This document shows positions 25,301 through 37,316 of a stretch of DNA of 64,000 nucleotides, piece after piece. The stretch comes from Octopus vulgaris (Eukaryota). The translations under genes were made by a program, and so were the position numbers. The notes under the pieces were generated by a model that did no database searches, was not told the origin of the DNA, and saw nothing but the letters and a program-made list of their open reading frames with translations. Every line of letters starts with the position of its first letter. Positions within the stretch are counted from its first letter, which is position 1. Location of the stretch: positions 45,942,001 through 46,006,000 of the forward strand of contig OX597824.1 in NCBI GenBank assembly GCA_951406725.2. The letters run 5' to 3'.

Positions 25301-28300
25301 CGGGAGTTGAAATTGAAGAAGAAAGTAAGTTGAATTGGGAATTTAAATTGTAGAATCGTAATGGTAAGAGGAGGAAAAAGACCGCCAATGGCTGAAAGAT
25401 GGGAAGAGATGGGATTACGGCTTGAGGTAGCCTAGCCTAAGGTTAAATTTTGTAGAGAGAGAGATAGAAAGATAAATCAAGTTATGGCGAAGGCTTGAAA
25501 GTAGCCTAAAAAGGTTAAATTTTCGTAACAATGTATGAATAAACGTAGTAACAACGAATAAAATATTAAGATAAATTTTTAAGAACTTGCTGCGGACATC
25601 GATCGGGAGTTGAAATTGAAGAAGAAAGTAAGTTGAATTGGGAATTTAAATTGTAGAATCGTAATGGTAAGAGGAGGAAAAAGACCGCCAATGGCTGAAA
25701 GATGGGAAGAGATGGGATTACGGCTTGAGGTAGCCTAGCCTAAGGTTAAATTTTGTAGAGAGAGAGATAGAAAGATAAATCAAGTTATGGCGAAGGCTTG
25801 AAAGTAGCCTAAAAAGGTTAAATTTTCGTAACAATGTATGAATAAACGTAGTAACAACGAATAAAATAGTAAGATAAATTTTTAAGAACTTGCTGCGGAC
25901 ATCGATCGGGAGTTGAAATTGAAGAAGAAAGTAAGTTGAATTGGGAATTTAAATTGTAGAATCGTAATGGTAAGAGGAGGAAAAAGACCGCCAATGGCTG
26001 AAAGATGGGAAGAGATGGGATTACGGCTTGAGGTAGCCTAGCCTAAGGTTAAATTTTGTAGAGAGAGAGATAGAAAGATAAATCAAGTTATGGCGAAGGC
26101 TTGAAAGTAGCCTAAAAAGGTTAAATTTTCGTAACAATGTATGAATAAACGTAGTAACAACGAATAAAATAGTAAGATAAATTTTTAAGAACTTGCTGCG
26201 GACATCGATCGGGAGTTGAAATTGAAGAAGAAAGTAAGTTGAATTGGGAATTTAAATTGTAGAATCGTAATGGTAAGAGGAGGAAAAAGACCGCCAATGG
26301 CTGAAAGATGGGAAGAGATGGGATTACGGCTTGAGGTAGCCTAGCCTAAGGTTAAATTTTGTAGAGAGAGAGATAGAAAGATAAATCAAGTTATGGCGAA
26401 GGCTTGAAAGTAGCCTAAAAAGGTTAAATTTTCGTAACAATGTATGAATAAACGTAGTAACAACGAATAAAATAGTAAGATAAATTTTTAAGAACTTGCT
26501 GCGGACATCGATCGGGAGTTGAAATTGAAGAAGAAAGTAAGTTGAATTGGGAATTTAAATTGTAGAATCGTAATGGTAAGAGGAGGAAAAAGACCGCCAA
26601 TGGCTGAAAGATGGGAAGAGATGGGATTACGGCTTGAGGTAGCCTAGCCTAAGGTTAAATTTTGTAGAGAGAGAGATAGAAAGATAAATCAAGTTATGGC
26701 GAAGGCTTGAAAGTAGCCTAAAAAGGTTAAATTTTCGTAACAATGTATGAATAAACGTAGTAACAACGAATAAAATAGTAAGATAAATTTTTAAGAACTT
26801 GCTGCGGACATCGATCGGGAGTTGAAATTGAAGAAGAAAGTAAGTTGAATTGGGAATTTAAATTGTAGAATCGTAATGGTAAGAGGAGGAAAAAGACCGC
26901 CAATGGCTGAAAGATGGGAAGAGATGGGATTACGGCTTGAGGTAGCCTAGCCTAAGGTTAAATTTTGTAGAGAGAGAGATAGAAAGATAAATCAAGTTAT
27001 GGCGAAGGCTTGAAAGTAGCCTAAAAAGGTTAAATTTTCGTAACAATGTATGAATAAACGTAGTAACAACGAATAAAATAGTAAGATAAATTTTTAAGAA
27101 CTTGCTGCGGACATCGATCGGGAGTTGAAATTGAAGAAGAAAGTAAGTTGAATTGGGAATTTAAATTGTAGAATCGTAATGGTAAGAGGAGGAAAAAGAC
27201 CGCCAATGGCTGAAAGATGGGAAGAGATGGGATTACGGCTTGAGGTAGCCTAGCCTAAGGTTAAATTTTGTAGAGAGAGAGATAGAAAGATAAATCAAGT
27301 TATGGCGAAGGCTTGAAAGTAGCCTAAAAAGGTTAAATTTTCGTAACAATGTATGAATAAACGTAGTAACAACGAATAAAATAGTAAGATAAATTTTTAA
27401 GAACTTGCTGCGGACATCGATCGGGAGTTGAAATTGAAGAAGAAAGTAAGTTGAATTGGGAATTTAAATTGTAGAATCGTAATGGTAAGAGGAGGAAAAA
27501 GACCGCCAATGGCTGAAAGATGGGAAGAGATGGGATTACGGCTTGAGGTAGCCTAGCCTAAGGTTAAATTTTGTAGAGAGAGAGATAGAAAGATAAATCA
27601 AGTTATGGCGAAGGCTTGAAAGTAGCCTAAAAAGGTTAAATTTTCGTAACAATGTATGAATAAACGTAGTAACAACGAATAAAATAGTAAGATAAATTTT
27701 TAAGAACTTGCTGCGGACATCGATCGGGAGTTGAAATTGAAGAAGAAAGTAAGTTGAATTGGGAATTTAAATTGTAGAATCGTAATGGTAAGAGGAGGAA
27801 AAAGACCGCCAATGGCTGAAAGATGGGAAGAGATGGGATTACGGCTTGAGGTAGCCTAGCCTAAGGTTAAATTTTGTAGAGAGAGAGATAGAAAGATAAA
27901 TCAAGTTATGGCGAAGGCTTGAAAGTAGCCTAAAAAGGTTAAATTTTCGTAACAATGTATGAATAAACGTAGTAACAACGAATAAAATAGTAAGATAAAT
28001 TTTTAAGAACTTGCTGCGGACATCGATCGGGAGTTGAAATTGAAGAAGAAAGTAAGTTGAATTGGGAATTTAAATTGTAGAATCGTAATGGTAAGAGGAG
28101 GAAAAAGACCGCCAATGGCTGAAAGATGGGAAGAGATGGGATTACGGCTTGAGGTAGCCTAGCCTAAGGTTAAATTTTGTAGAGAGAGAGATAGAAAGAT
28201 AAATCAAGTTATGGCGAAGGCTTGAAAGTAGCCTAAAAAGGTTAAATTTTCGTAACAATGTATGAATAAACGTAGTAACAACGAATAAAATAGTAAGATA

Positions 28301-29334
28301 AATTTTTAAGAACTTGCTGCGGACATCGATCGGGAGTTGAAATTGAAGAAGAAAGTAAGTTGAATTGGGAATTTAAATTGTAGAATCGTAATGGTAAGAG
28401 GAGGAAAAAGACCGCCAATGGCTGAAAGATGGGAAGAGATGGGATTACGGCTTGAGGTAGCCTAGCCTAAGGTTAAATTTTGTAGAGAGAGAGATAGAAA
28501 GATAAATCAAGTTATGGCGAAGGCTTGAAAGTAGCCTAAAAAGGTTAAATTTTCGTAACAATGTATGAATAAACGTAGTAACAACGAATAAAATAGTAAG
28601 ATAAATTTTTAAGAACTTGCTGCGGACATCGATCGGGAGTTGAAATTGAAGAAGAAAGTAAGTTGAATTGGGAATTTAAATTGTAGAATCGTAATGGTAA
28701 GAGGAGGAAAAAAGACCGCCAATGGCTGAAAGATGGGAAGAGATGGGATTACGGCTTGAGGTAGCCTAGCCTAAGGTTAAATTTTGTAGAGAGAGAGATA
28801 GAAAGATAAATCAAGTTATGGCGAAGGCTTGAAAGTAGCCTAAAAAGGTTAAATTTTCGTAACAATGTATGAATAAACGTAGTAACAACGAATAAAATAG
28901 TAAGATAAATTTTTAAGAACTTGCTGCGGACATCGATCGGGAGTTGAAATTGAAGAAGAAAGTAAGTTGAATTGGGAATTTAAATTGTAGAATCGTAATG
29001 GTAAGAGGAGGAAAAGACCGCCAATGGCTGAAAGATGGGAAGAGATGGGATTACGGCTTGAGGTAGCCTAGCCTAAGGTTAAATTTTGTAGAGAGAGAGA
29101 TAGAAAGATAAATCAAGTTATGGCGAAGGCTTGAAAGTAGCCTAAAAAGGTTAAATTTTCGTAACAATGTATGAATAAACGTAGTAACAACGAATAAAAT
29201 AGTAAGATAAATTTTTAAGAACTTGCTGCGGACATCGATCGGGAGTTGAAATTGAAGAAGAAAGTAAGTTGAATTGGGAATTTAAATTGTAGAATCGTAA
29301 TGGTAAGAGGAGGAAAAAGACCGCCAATGGCTGA
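19322..29334. repeat. Tandem array of 33 x 303-bp units plus a terminal 15-bp copy of accgccaatggctga
   Basis: accgccaatggctga starts at 19322, 19625, 19928 ... 29320. Only four variants were seen: A-run indels near 22176, 28711 and 29012, and a G>T at 25566. Confidence 0.97.
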
Positions 29335-29400
<66 letters not shown>

Positions 29401-30013
29401 AGATAGATGTTTCCTAATACCCTAGTCACATTTGGTGACAGTTAGAATCCTCTTTTTTGGTGAAACATTGCAAACTGGTGTTTATATAAATGTTATATAT
29501 ATATGGCATAAGATGTGGATGACTTCTTGCAATATACTCTGTGGAGTATGGAAGCGTGTGCATATGTGTGTAAGTCATCTAGGAGTCCATAAGTCAGGAA
29601 AAAAATGCACTCGTATATTTGTTGATAATGTACAGTATTTTATATCCATTATGGCCGATCTTACCAATCAGTTTTGTGCTAGGGAATCAACAGTGTTTGG
29701 TAACAATCTGATCATGCAACTCTACGCTCATCTGAGGTAGCTGGTATGGAATGAAATAGGGCAACTGCTCTCTAATGTTGAAGGTGAATAGACACACCCA
29801 GTTTGCAGTTGCTGTGAATTCAGAGGAATATAGTGTCTGGGCAGATACTGTAGTAGCTCTCAATTATGCAACTGCTTGTACTCTGTGCAAGGGAAATGTG
29901 TATAGGTCATTATAACTATAAGAATATGCTGTATGACACACCATAAAATAAGAGGAAATAAAATTTTAAGGATGTACCAGTCTCCATATTCTCAGTTGTT
30001 ATAATTATTGCCC

Positions 30014-30072
<59 letters not shown>

Positions 30073-31392
30073 AATTTTATAGTTCCTGTGCATCTTCTAA
30101 ATATAAATACTACTTTCTCTGATAACTTTCCTGTTATTCCACTGCACCTCTTGTGTGTCCACAGATTACACTGAATATGCCATATGGAATTCCTGCCTAG
30201 ACCTTTCCTACAAACTGAGCAGGGCCATTTACCTGAAGTGGGTAGGGTCCTCTCTGTTTTCTTGCTCACTAAAATCTTAATCTTTGCTAAGTTAACCTAA
30301 AGCTCTTAGGTTTAGCTTCCACATTCAGAATTTCTTTTCTAGCTCTGATATAGAATCTGCTATGAGGGCAAGATTATCAGCATATAGAAGTTTTCAGGGG
30401 CTGCCAGTCTTGAACTCCTCTGTTATAGCCCTGAAGGACAATGGTTAAAAGGAGGAGACTGAAGACTGAGCCTTAATAAATGCCTGATTTTCTCAAATGC
30501 CTTGGAGGCTCATTAGTGGTAGTGGATAATTTTTGAAATCTAAGGGACCAAATTAGTAGTGGAGGAGGATGTATGAAAAGTGTAATGTCTAGAATAAGAA
30601 TAGGTTGAAGAAAATTCAGAGAGCTTTTACCTCTGAATTCAACCAAAGGTCTCTCCCTCCAAGTCAAAGGAAGATTGTATGATGCATACATATGAACAGA
30701 AATTCTATATTGTAGAGAAACATGGGCCCTGAATGCAGAGAACATGCAAAGGCTAGAGAGGAATGAGGCTAGTATGCTCTGCTGGATGTGCAATGTCAGT
30801 GTACATTTGGAATGCTAGTGTGCTGAGAGAAAAATTAGGCATAAGAGGAATTAGATGCAGTGTGCAAGAGAGAAGACTGTGCTGGATTGGTCATGTGGTG
30901 TTGATGGCTGTTGACAGCTCCATAAAGAAGGGCCAATCACTCAAAGTGGATAGAACTCATGGAAGAGGAAGACCCAGGATGACATGGGACAAATTACTGA
31001 AGGACAACTTCAAGACACTGAACCTTATGGATGAGATGGCAAAGGACTGAGATATCTGGCACATTGCTGTACTCAAAAAGACCCATCCTCCACAGCAGAA
31101 GTATTAAGGTTTCTTCCCCGGATGAAGAGGATTGGTTTGCAAAAGACCTGTGCTTGTATCTTGTAAAAAACACATGTGCTGGCTCCATGTAACAGTACTC
31201 ATGCAAGTGCCATGTTAAAAGCAACCAGCACACACTGTAAAGTGGTTGGCATTAGGAAGGGCATCCAGCTGCAGAAACCAAGCCAAATCAGACTGGAACA
31301 TACTGCAGCTCTCCTGCTTGCTAGCTCTGGTCAAACCATCCAACCCATACCAGCATGGGACATGGATGTTAAAGGATGATGATGATGATGAT
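30073..31392 (+). mobile_element. RTE-X-like LINE, 5'-truncated with inverted 5' segment
   Basis: Minus 30073-30472 encodes LLYADNLALIA and WPCSVCRKG...WTHKRCSG. Plus 30473 onward continues DFLKC...LREKLGIRGIRCSVQERRLCWIGHV...GRGRPRMTW, then a 3'UTR and (GAT)n tail. Confidence 0.85.
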
Positions 31393-31607
31393 GAAAATAT
31401 ATATTTACACACACACACACACATACACACGTGCATGCACATGTGTGTTAGATAGCTACATCGATGGATAGAAAACCCTTTATGGATGAGAAACCCAAGG
31501 TAATCCCATAAACCGGCCTTCCCCATTTTTGATATATACTGCTCTACATCTTAGAGTGGGCTTCTTCTTTTGTGTTTTTGTTTCTTACAGACGATATATA
31601 TATACAT

Positions 31608-32030
31608 ACTCTTTTACTCTTTACTCTCTTTTACTTGTTTCAGTCATTTGACTGCAGCCATGCTGGAGCACCACCTTTAGTCAAGCAAATCAACCCCAGG
31701 ACTTATTCTTTGTAAGCCTAGTACTTATTGTATCAGTCTCTTTTGCTGAACTGCTAAGTTACAGGGACGTAAACGCACCACCATCATCCATTGTCAAGCG
31801 ATGGGGGGGGAGGATAAACACAGACACACAAACATATACACATACATACATATATATATATATTCGTATATACGACAGGCTTCCTTCAGTTTCCGTCAAC
31901 CAAATCCACTCACAAGGCTTTGGTTGGCCCGAGGCTATAGTAGAAGACACTTGCCCAAGACATGCAGTGGGAATGAACCTGGAACCATGTGGTTGGTAAG
32001 CAAGCTACTTACCACACAACCACTCCTGTG

Positions 32031-32032
<2 letters not shown>
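31608..32032 (-). mobile_element. SINE family A, near full length
   Basis: Runs from tail ttttacttgtttcagtcatttgactgc to head accacacaaccactcctgtgcc. Confidence 0.85.
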
Positions 32033-32082
<50 letters not shown>

Positions 32083-32220
32083 AGAGAGTAAGGGTATTAG
32101 TTGCCAATTCTGTACAAGACATTGTAGATCTTTAGCTGGGCTAAAAAGTCACATTCAATCACAGCACCAGTAACAGTTAAGCTTCATGCAATGGCCATAC
32201 TCAATAACGAGGGGGCAGCC

Positions 32221-32258
<38 letters not shown>

Positions 32259-33229
32259 GTTTGTCACTCTGTTTATCTGTTGATACCTACCTACCTTTCT
32301 TTCTATCTATCTATCATACTACTTTTCTTTCTATTGATGTATGTCGCTGTCTACTCTGACAATATGGATAAGTATTTAAACCTAATATCAAAAGAAATAA
32401 AAAAAAACTCGAATAATGGCAGTGCCCCAGCATGGTCACAGCATCCAGGCTAGAATGTGTAAAAGAGTAAACGAATAACATCCACAGCTGTTTGCTAACT
32501 TCGGTTATTTCACTTTAATTTAATTATCTATCAATAAATCAAGTTATTCCTCTTTCTATTTTCTATTCATCAACATATCTATCTACCAGCTACATCGATG
32601 GATAGAAAACATGAAAACATTTGAATATTAAAACCTCTAATGGCAATCACACTTTTAGTTTTAATGCCTGTCACAATATTGTATTATTAAACATAACTGC
32701 ACAGATGTGCACACTTGCTTTCTCTCTTTCCCACTTTTCTCTCTCTTCCTCTCCTCTCCCTCTCTTTATCTCCCCTCTCTTTTCCTTTCCCTTCCTCTCT
32801 TTTCTTCTTTCAACAATACTGCATCCTGTACTAAACATGTTTTATTTCTCTTTTCCTTCCTCTCTACCTCTTTCTTCAACTAACTATTCAACCACATAAC
32901 ATAATAGTAATCCCTTTCTCTTAGCTCTCCCCACTAACACTATTCTCTCTCTCTTCACCTCTTCCTTCAATTAACCACTAAAGCCAGATCAGCAGGGGTT
33001 GATGGGCTTCTGTCAAACAAATTAACTCTAGTACTAATTTTTAAAGACTGGTACTAATTCTACCAGTTTCTTTTGCTGAACCGCTAAGTTACAGGGATGT
33101 AAACAGATTAACACTGGTTGTCAAATAGTGGTGGTGGGAGGCAAACACAAGCACAAGATACACACACACATAGATATACATACATACATACATACATACA
33201 TACATACATACATACATACATACATACAC

Positions 33230-33475
33230 TATTTTCCATGCTGGCATGGGTCAGATGGTTTGACTGGAGATGATAAGCTAGAGAACTGCACCAAGCTCCA
33301 ATTGTCTGTTTTGGTTTGGTTTCTACTGCTGGATGCCCTTCCTAACACCAACTACACCACTGAGTGTACTGGGTGCATTTTATATGTCACTGGCATGGGT
33401 ACCTTTTATGTGTCACCAGCCAGGGTGCCTTTTACATGTCACTGGCATGGGCATCACCAGCACTGGCCATGACCA
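33230..33475 (-). mobile_element. RTE-X-like tail fragment
   Basis: ttccatgctggcatggg...ctggatgcccttcctaacaccaac, homologous to 18240-18400. Confidence 0.7.
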
Positions 33476-33757
33476 AAATTACTGGCTTCAACCACAAAAA
33501 CTGACGACATATGTAAATACCAAAAAAAAAAAAAAGATAAAGTGTTGTTTATTAAATCGACTGCTATGAGGGTATCATCTGATTTAGTTCACATATGATC
33601 TCTTTCTTTCTGTCTTTTATTAACTCATCTTTTTCATTCCCATGTGCATTGTACATATATATACTTGTATATGTATATGTATACACACACACACATACAC
33701 ACACATTTTATCTATATTTCTCTCTCTCTTCTCTTTCCCTCCCACGTACACTTCTAA

Positions 33758-33814
<57 letters not shown>

Positions 33815-34214
33815 GTTTATCTGTTTGTCTGTTTGTCCGTTTGCCTATCTATTGACCCATCTTTCTTTCACTTTCTTATTAACTACGTGTTACATACTTT
33901 CCCTTTTTCTGCTTTCTCTTTACATATTTCTATAGGCATGTATGTGTGTTTGTATGTGTGTACGTTTGTGCATGTGTACTTTGAAAGAGGATATTTTTCT
34001 TTTTTTTCATTACTCATCTATTTGCCCTTTTCTTTTGTCTTCTTTCTTTTTCTAATCCTTACTTTGTCTCTCCTGCCCTTCTCTCTTCTCTCTCCCACCT
34101 CTCTCTCTCTGGCTATCTCTTTTTTTAACTCTACTATCTCTTTTGCATTTAAAATCCCACCCATTTTCTCAGAGCTATTGCCCTGTTATCTCTGAGTAAA
34201 TATATGCATGTGTA

Positions 34215-34265
<51 letters not shown>

Positions 34266-34544
34266 TATATGTATGTAATTTAGGGCAGCAGCTGAGCAAG
34301 CATTCCATTGATATGTAGACTAATGATTGTAGTAATGCTACATTACAACTAGGAAAATTAAAACTTTGTCTCTCCATCTTCACTCTAATGGCATCCGTCC
34401 TCCATTCTCGCTGCCTGCTTTATTTACAATTTACAAACATAAAAATGAGTTAAGTTGTTATACTCAAATTCAATAATTAGAAAATTTAAAATGTAAAATA
34501 TATTCAGATAAGTAATAAAAAAATAATAATAATTGTGACACATA

Positions 34545-34958
34545 GGTGCAGGCATGGCTGTGTGGTGAGAAGTTTGGTTCCCAACCACTTAGTTCTGGGT
34601 TCAGTCCCACTGCATGGCATCTTGAGCAAGTGTCTTCTACTATAGCCTAGGGCCAACCAAAGCTTATTGAGTGGATTTGGTTGACAGAAACTGAAAGAAT
34701 CTTGTCATGTATATGTGTGCGTGTGTGTGTGTGTATGTGTCTGTGTATGTCTTTGCATCTGTGTTTGTCCCCCACCACTGCTTGACAACCCATGTTTACA
34801 TCCCAGTAACTTAGCAGTTCAGTAAAAGAAAGCGATACAATAGGCTTTAAAAAAAAAGAGCACTGAGGATGATTCACTTGACTAAAAATTCTTCAAGATG
34901 GTGCCCTAGCATGGCCACAGTATAATGACTGAAACAACTAAAAGATGAAAGATAAAAA
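34545..34958 (+). mobile_element. SINE family A, full length
   Basis: ggtgcaggcatggctgtgtgg (A box), gggttcagtccc (B box) and tail aatgactgaaacaactaaaagat. Confidence 0.85.
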
Positions 34959-35221
34959 GAAAAAATTATGCTTAATCAAAATCAGTATTATTTTTTATAA
35001 TCTTGTTTGGGACAATGGGAGACAACTTGAGATGCGTTTCAGTTTTTTGTGTCTCATCAGTGGAAATGCTTCAAACTCACCATAGCTTGTTCACAATACA
35101 AAAATTTGATAAGAAAACAAAACATTTACGAAATTTAATATTTTAGCAATGTCACTTCTTTCTTTACACAATGATACTTTCTGCAGAGAGAGAGAGGGGG
35201 GAGATAGGGAGGGAGAGAGAT

Positions 35222-36036
35222 GCAGTTTTGTACTTACTCCTTCCACAACACTAATCTCAAAAAGTCTTCTTGTGAATGTGATCTGGGCGTTATTGTCGAC
35301 AGTGATTTACGTTGGACAAAACACATTGCTAAATTTGCTAAAAAGGCTGAGGGTGTCTTGGCATCACTCACCAAGTCCTTTATGAGCCGTTCTCTGGCTA
35401 TCTATCTGCAGCTTTATATAGCTATGGTACGACCTCACCTGGAATTTGCATCACCAGTCTGGAACCCCTATCTTGCCCAGGATATTAATTGTCTGGAAGC
35501 CATTCAGCGATGTGCAACCAAGAGAATACCCTCCATCGGGCATTTGCCATATTCTGAACGCCTTACTTCCCTGGGCATAGATACAGTGAAACTCCAACAT
35601 CTGGCAGCTAACTTGGCAGATACCCATAAAATTATCAACCATCTTACAAACAATAACTCTGAGCACCTTTTCAAACTCCATCTGTCTGACACCCGCGGAC
35701 ATGTTTACAAAGTCAGAAAACAGCACAGCTCCCATGACTTTTGGAAACATTTTTTCATGCTAAGAGTTACTGAAGCATGGAACAAACTGCCGGCATCAGT
35801 AGTTAGTTGTTGGAGCACTGCATCCTTCAAAACTTCTATGCTTCCTGAGATTCGCCAACACTACACCTGATTTTCTCCCCTCCATACACATGCAAGCATG
35901 TATCTGACTCATACACTGTTCACTTTCGAGACATTTCTACATTACTGCTTATACTTTATGCGCACTTTTTGACAAGTTGTGGTGCACCTAAGCACTGTAT
36001 ACAATAATTTCATTATTATTATTATTATTATATTAT
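35222..36036 (+). mobile_element. CR1-like LINE 3' end (RT C-terminus, 3'UTR, (ATT)n tail)
   Basis: ORF 35220-35870 contains DLGVIVDSDL, LYIAMVRPHLEFASPVWNPY, LPYSERL, TRGH, FFMLRVTEAWNKLP. Confidence 0.9.
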
Positions 36037-36039
36037 ATA

Positions 36040-36975
36040 CATGACTTAAATCGAAAAATGACTTAAATTGAATTAAATTGTCTCTAGGCTAGGCCGAATT
36101 TACTTGTCTCTAGGCTAAACTGATAATAACATTCCCAGTTCTGTACTTCCAGCATTATAGCATGATGCTTAGCACTTTCACTATGAATTTTCTTAGGAGC
36201 CATAGGGGCAAAAAATAAAGTCACAAATGAATGAGAATGAGAAAGTAGCTGATAAACAGACGTAAATAATTCTGGATTCAAAATAATCATAGGAATCATG
36301 AGTGACAACGGCACCTAATGGTAGATATTGGAACTACAGAGCAATATGGGTTCTGAAAGACCAACAAATAAGACAACATGGCTGATTTCGCAATTTCATT
36401 CACTAAGCTACATTATTTTATGATGTGTGTCTTAACATAAACTGTATTCTTTTATTCTTTTACTTGTTTCAGTCATTTGACTGCGACCATGCTGGAGCAC
36501 CGCCTTTAGTCGAACAAATCGACCCCAGGACTTATTCTTTGTAAGCCTAGTACTTATTGTATCAGTCTCTTTTGCCGAACTGCTAAGTTATGGGGACGTG
36601 AACACCAGCATCGGTTGTCAAGCGATGTTGGGGAGACAAACATAGGGACGCAAACACATGCACACACACACACACACATACATATATACGATGGGCTTCT
36701 TTCAGTTTCCGTCTACCAAATCCACTCACAAGGCTACTTACCACACAGCCATGATTTTATATGCTTTTATTCTTATTTATTGTACAGTAACATGATTTTA
36801 TGTGCTTTTAACAGCTTTCTGGTGATTTTACGATTCCACTATTTGTGGTAAACAGACATAAAGTCGAGTAAAATGACTTTACTTGATTTTTATTTTCCCA
36901 TATATCATGTTTGAAAACCAACATATAATTGAGAACAACTTAAATCGAAATGACTTAAGCTGAGGTATGCCTCTG
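36040..36975. mobile_element. Tigger-like non-autonomous remnant interrupted by a SINE A copy (~36447-36752, minus)
   Basis: Repeated gacttaaatcga / gacttaagctgagg subterminal motifs at both ends. Confidence 0.35.
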
Positions 36976-37033
36976 TGTGTGTGTGTGTGTTTGTGTCTGA
37001 GTGTGTGTGTGCGCGCGCATGTGTGTGTATATG

Positions 37034-37253
37034 TTTACAAGCAGTTAAATATATGTCTGGTCATAGAGTGACCAATGGGTTCACATCCATAAAGTGCTAG
37101 ACCTTATAGATGGTTTATGAGTGATGAGCTGTCTATAAGGTCTAGCACTTTATGGATGTGAAACTGTTGGTCACTCTATGACCGAACATATATTTAACTG
37201 CTTGTAAATACATTACTGCACCATTCTTTAGGGCATGCTTTTATTTTTCAGAT
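37034..37253. repeat. Fold-back (~175 bp) followed by a conserved tail motif
   Basis: Arms tttacaagcagttaaatatatg...gaccttataga and tctataaggtc...catatatttaactgcttgtaaa; tail acattactgcaccattctttagggcatgcttttatttttcagat. Confidence 0.85.
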
Positions 37254-37278
37254 ACATGATCCATTGATAATACACACA

Positions 37279-37315
<37 letters not shown>

Positions 37316-37316
37316 G

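Larger units (their letters stand above)
18208..29334 (-). mobile_element. Young composite non-autonomous retroposon: 303-bp monomer array + VNTR body + RTE-X-like 3' tail with (GAT)n
   Basis: The reverse complement of 18208-18400 is homologous to the LINE tail at 31215-31392. It is CpG-rich throughout, lacks a meaningful ORF, and is flanked on both sides by TA/TG microsatellite. Confidence 0.65.

Noticed and set aside
19322-29334. CRISPR array, or a 5S/tRNA/snRNA gene array
   Set aside because: Units are identical with no variable spacers, and I found no recognisable 5S, tRNA or snRNA motifs.
34545-34620. tRNA genes
   Set aside because: The A/B-box heads belong to SINEs and do not form a full cloverleaf.
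35220-35870. 216-aa ORF as a host gene
   Set aside because: It is the C-terminus of a CR1-like LINE ORF2 followed by a 3'UTR and (ATT)n tail.
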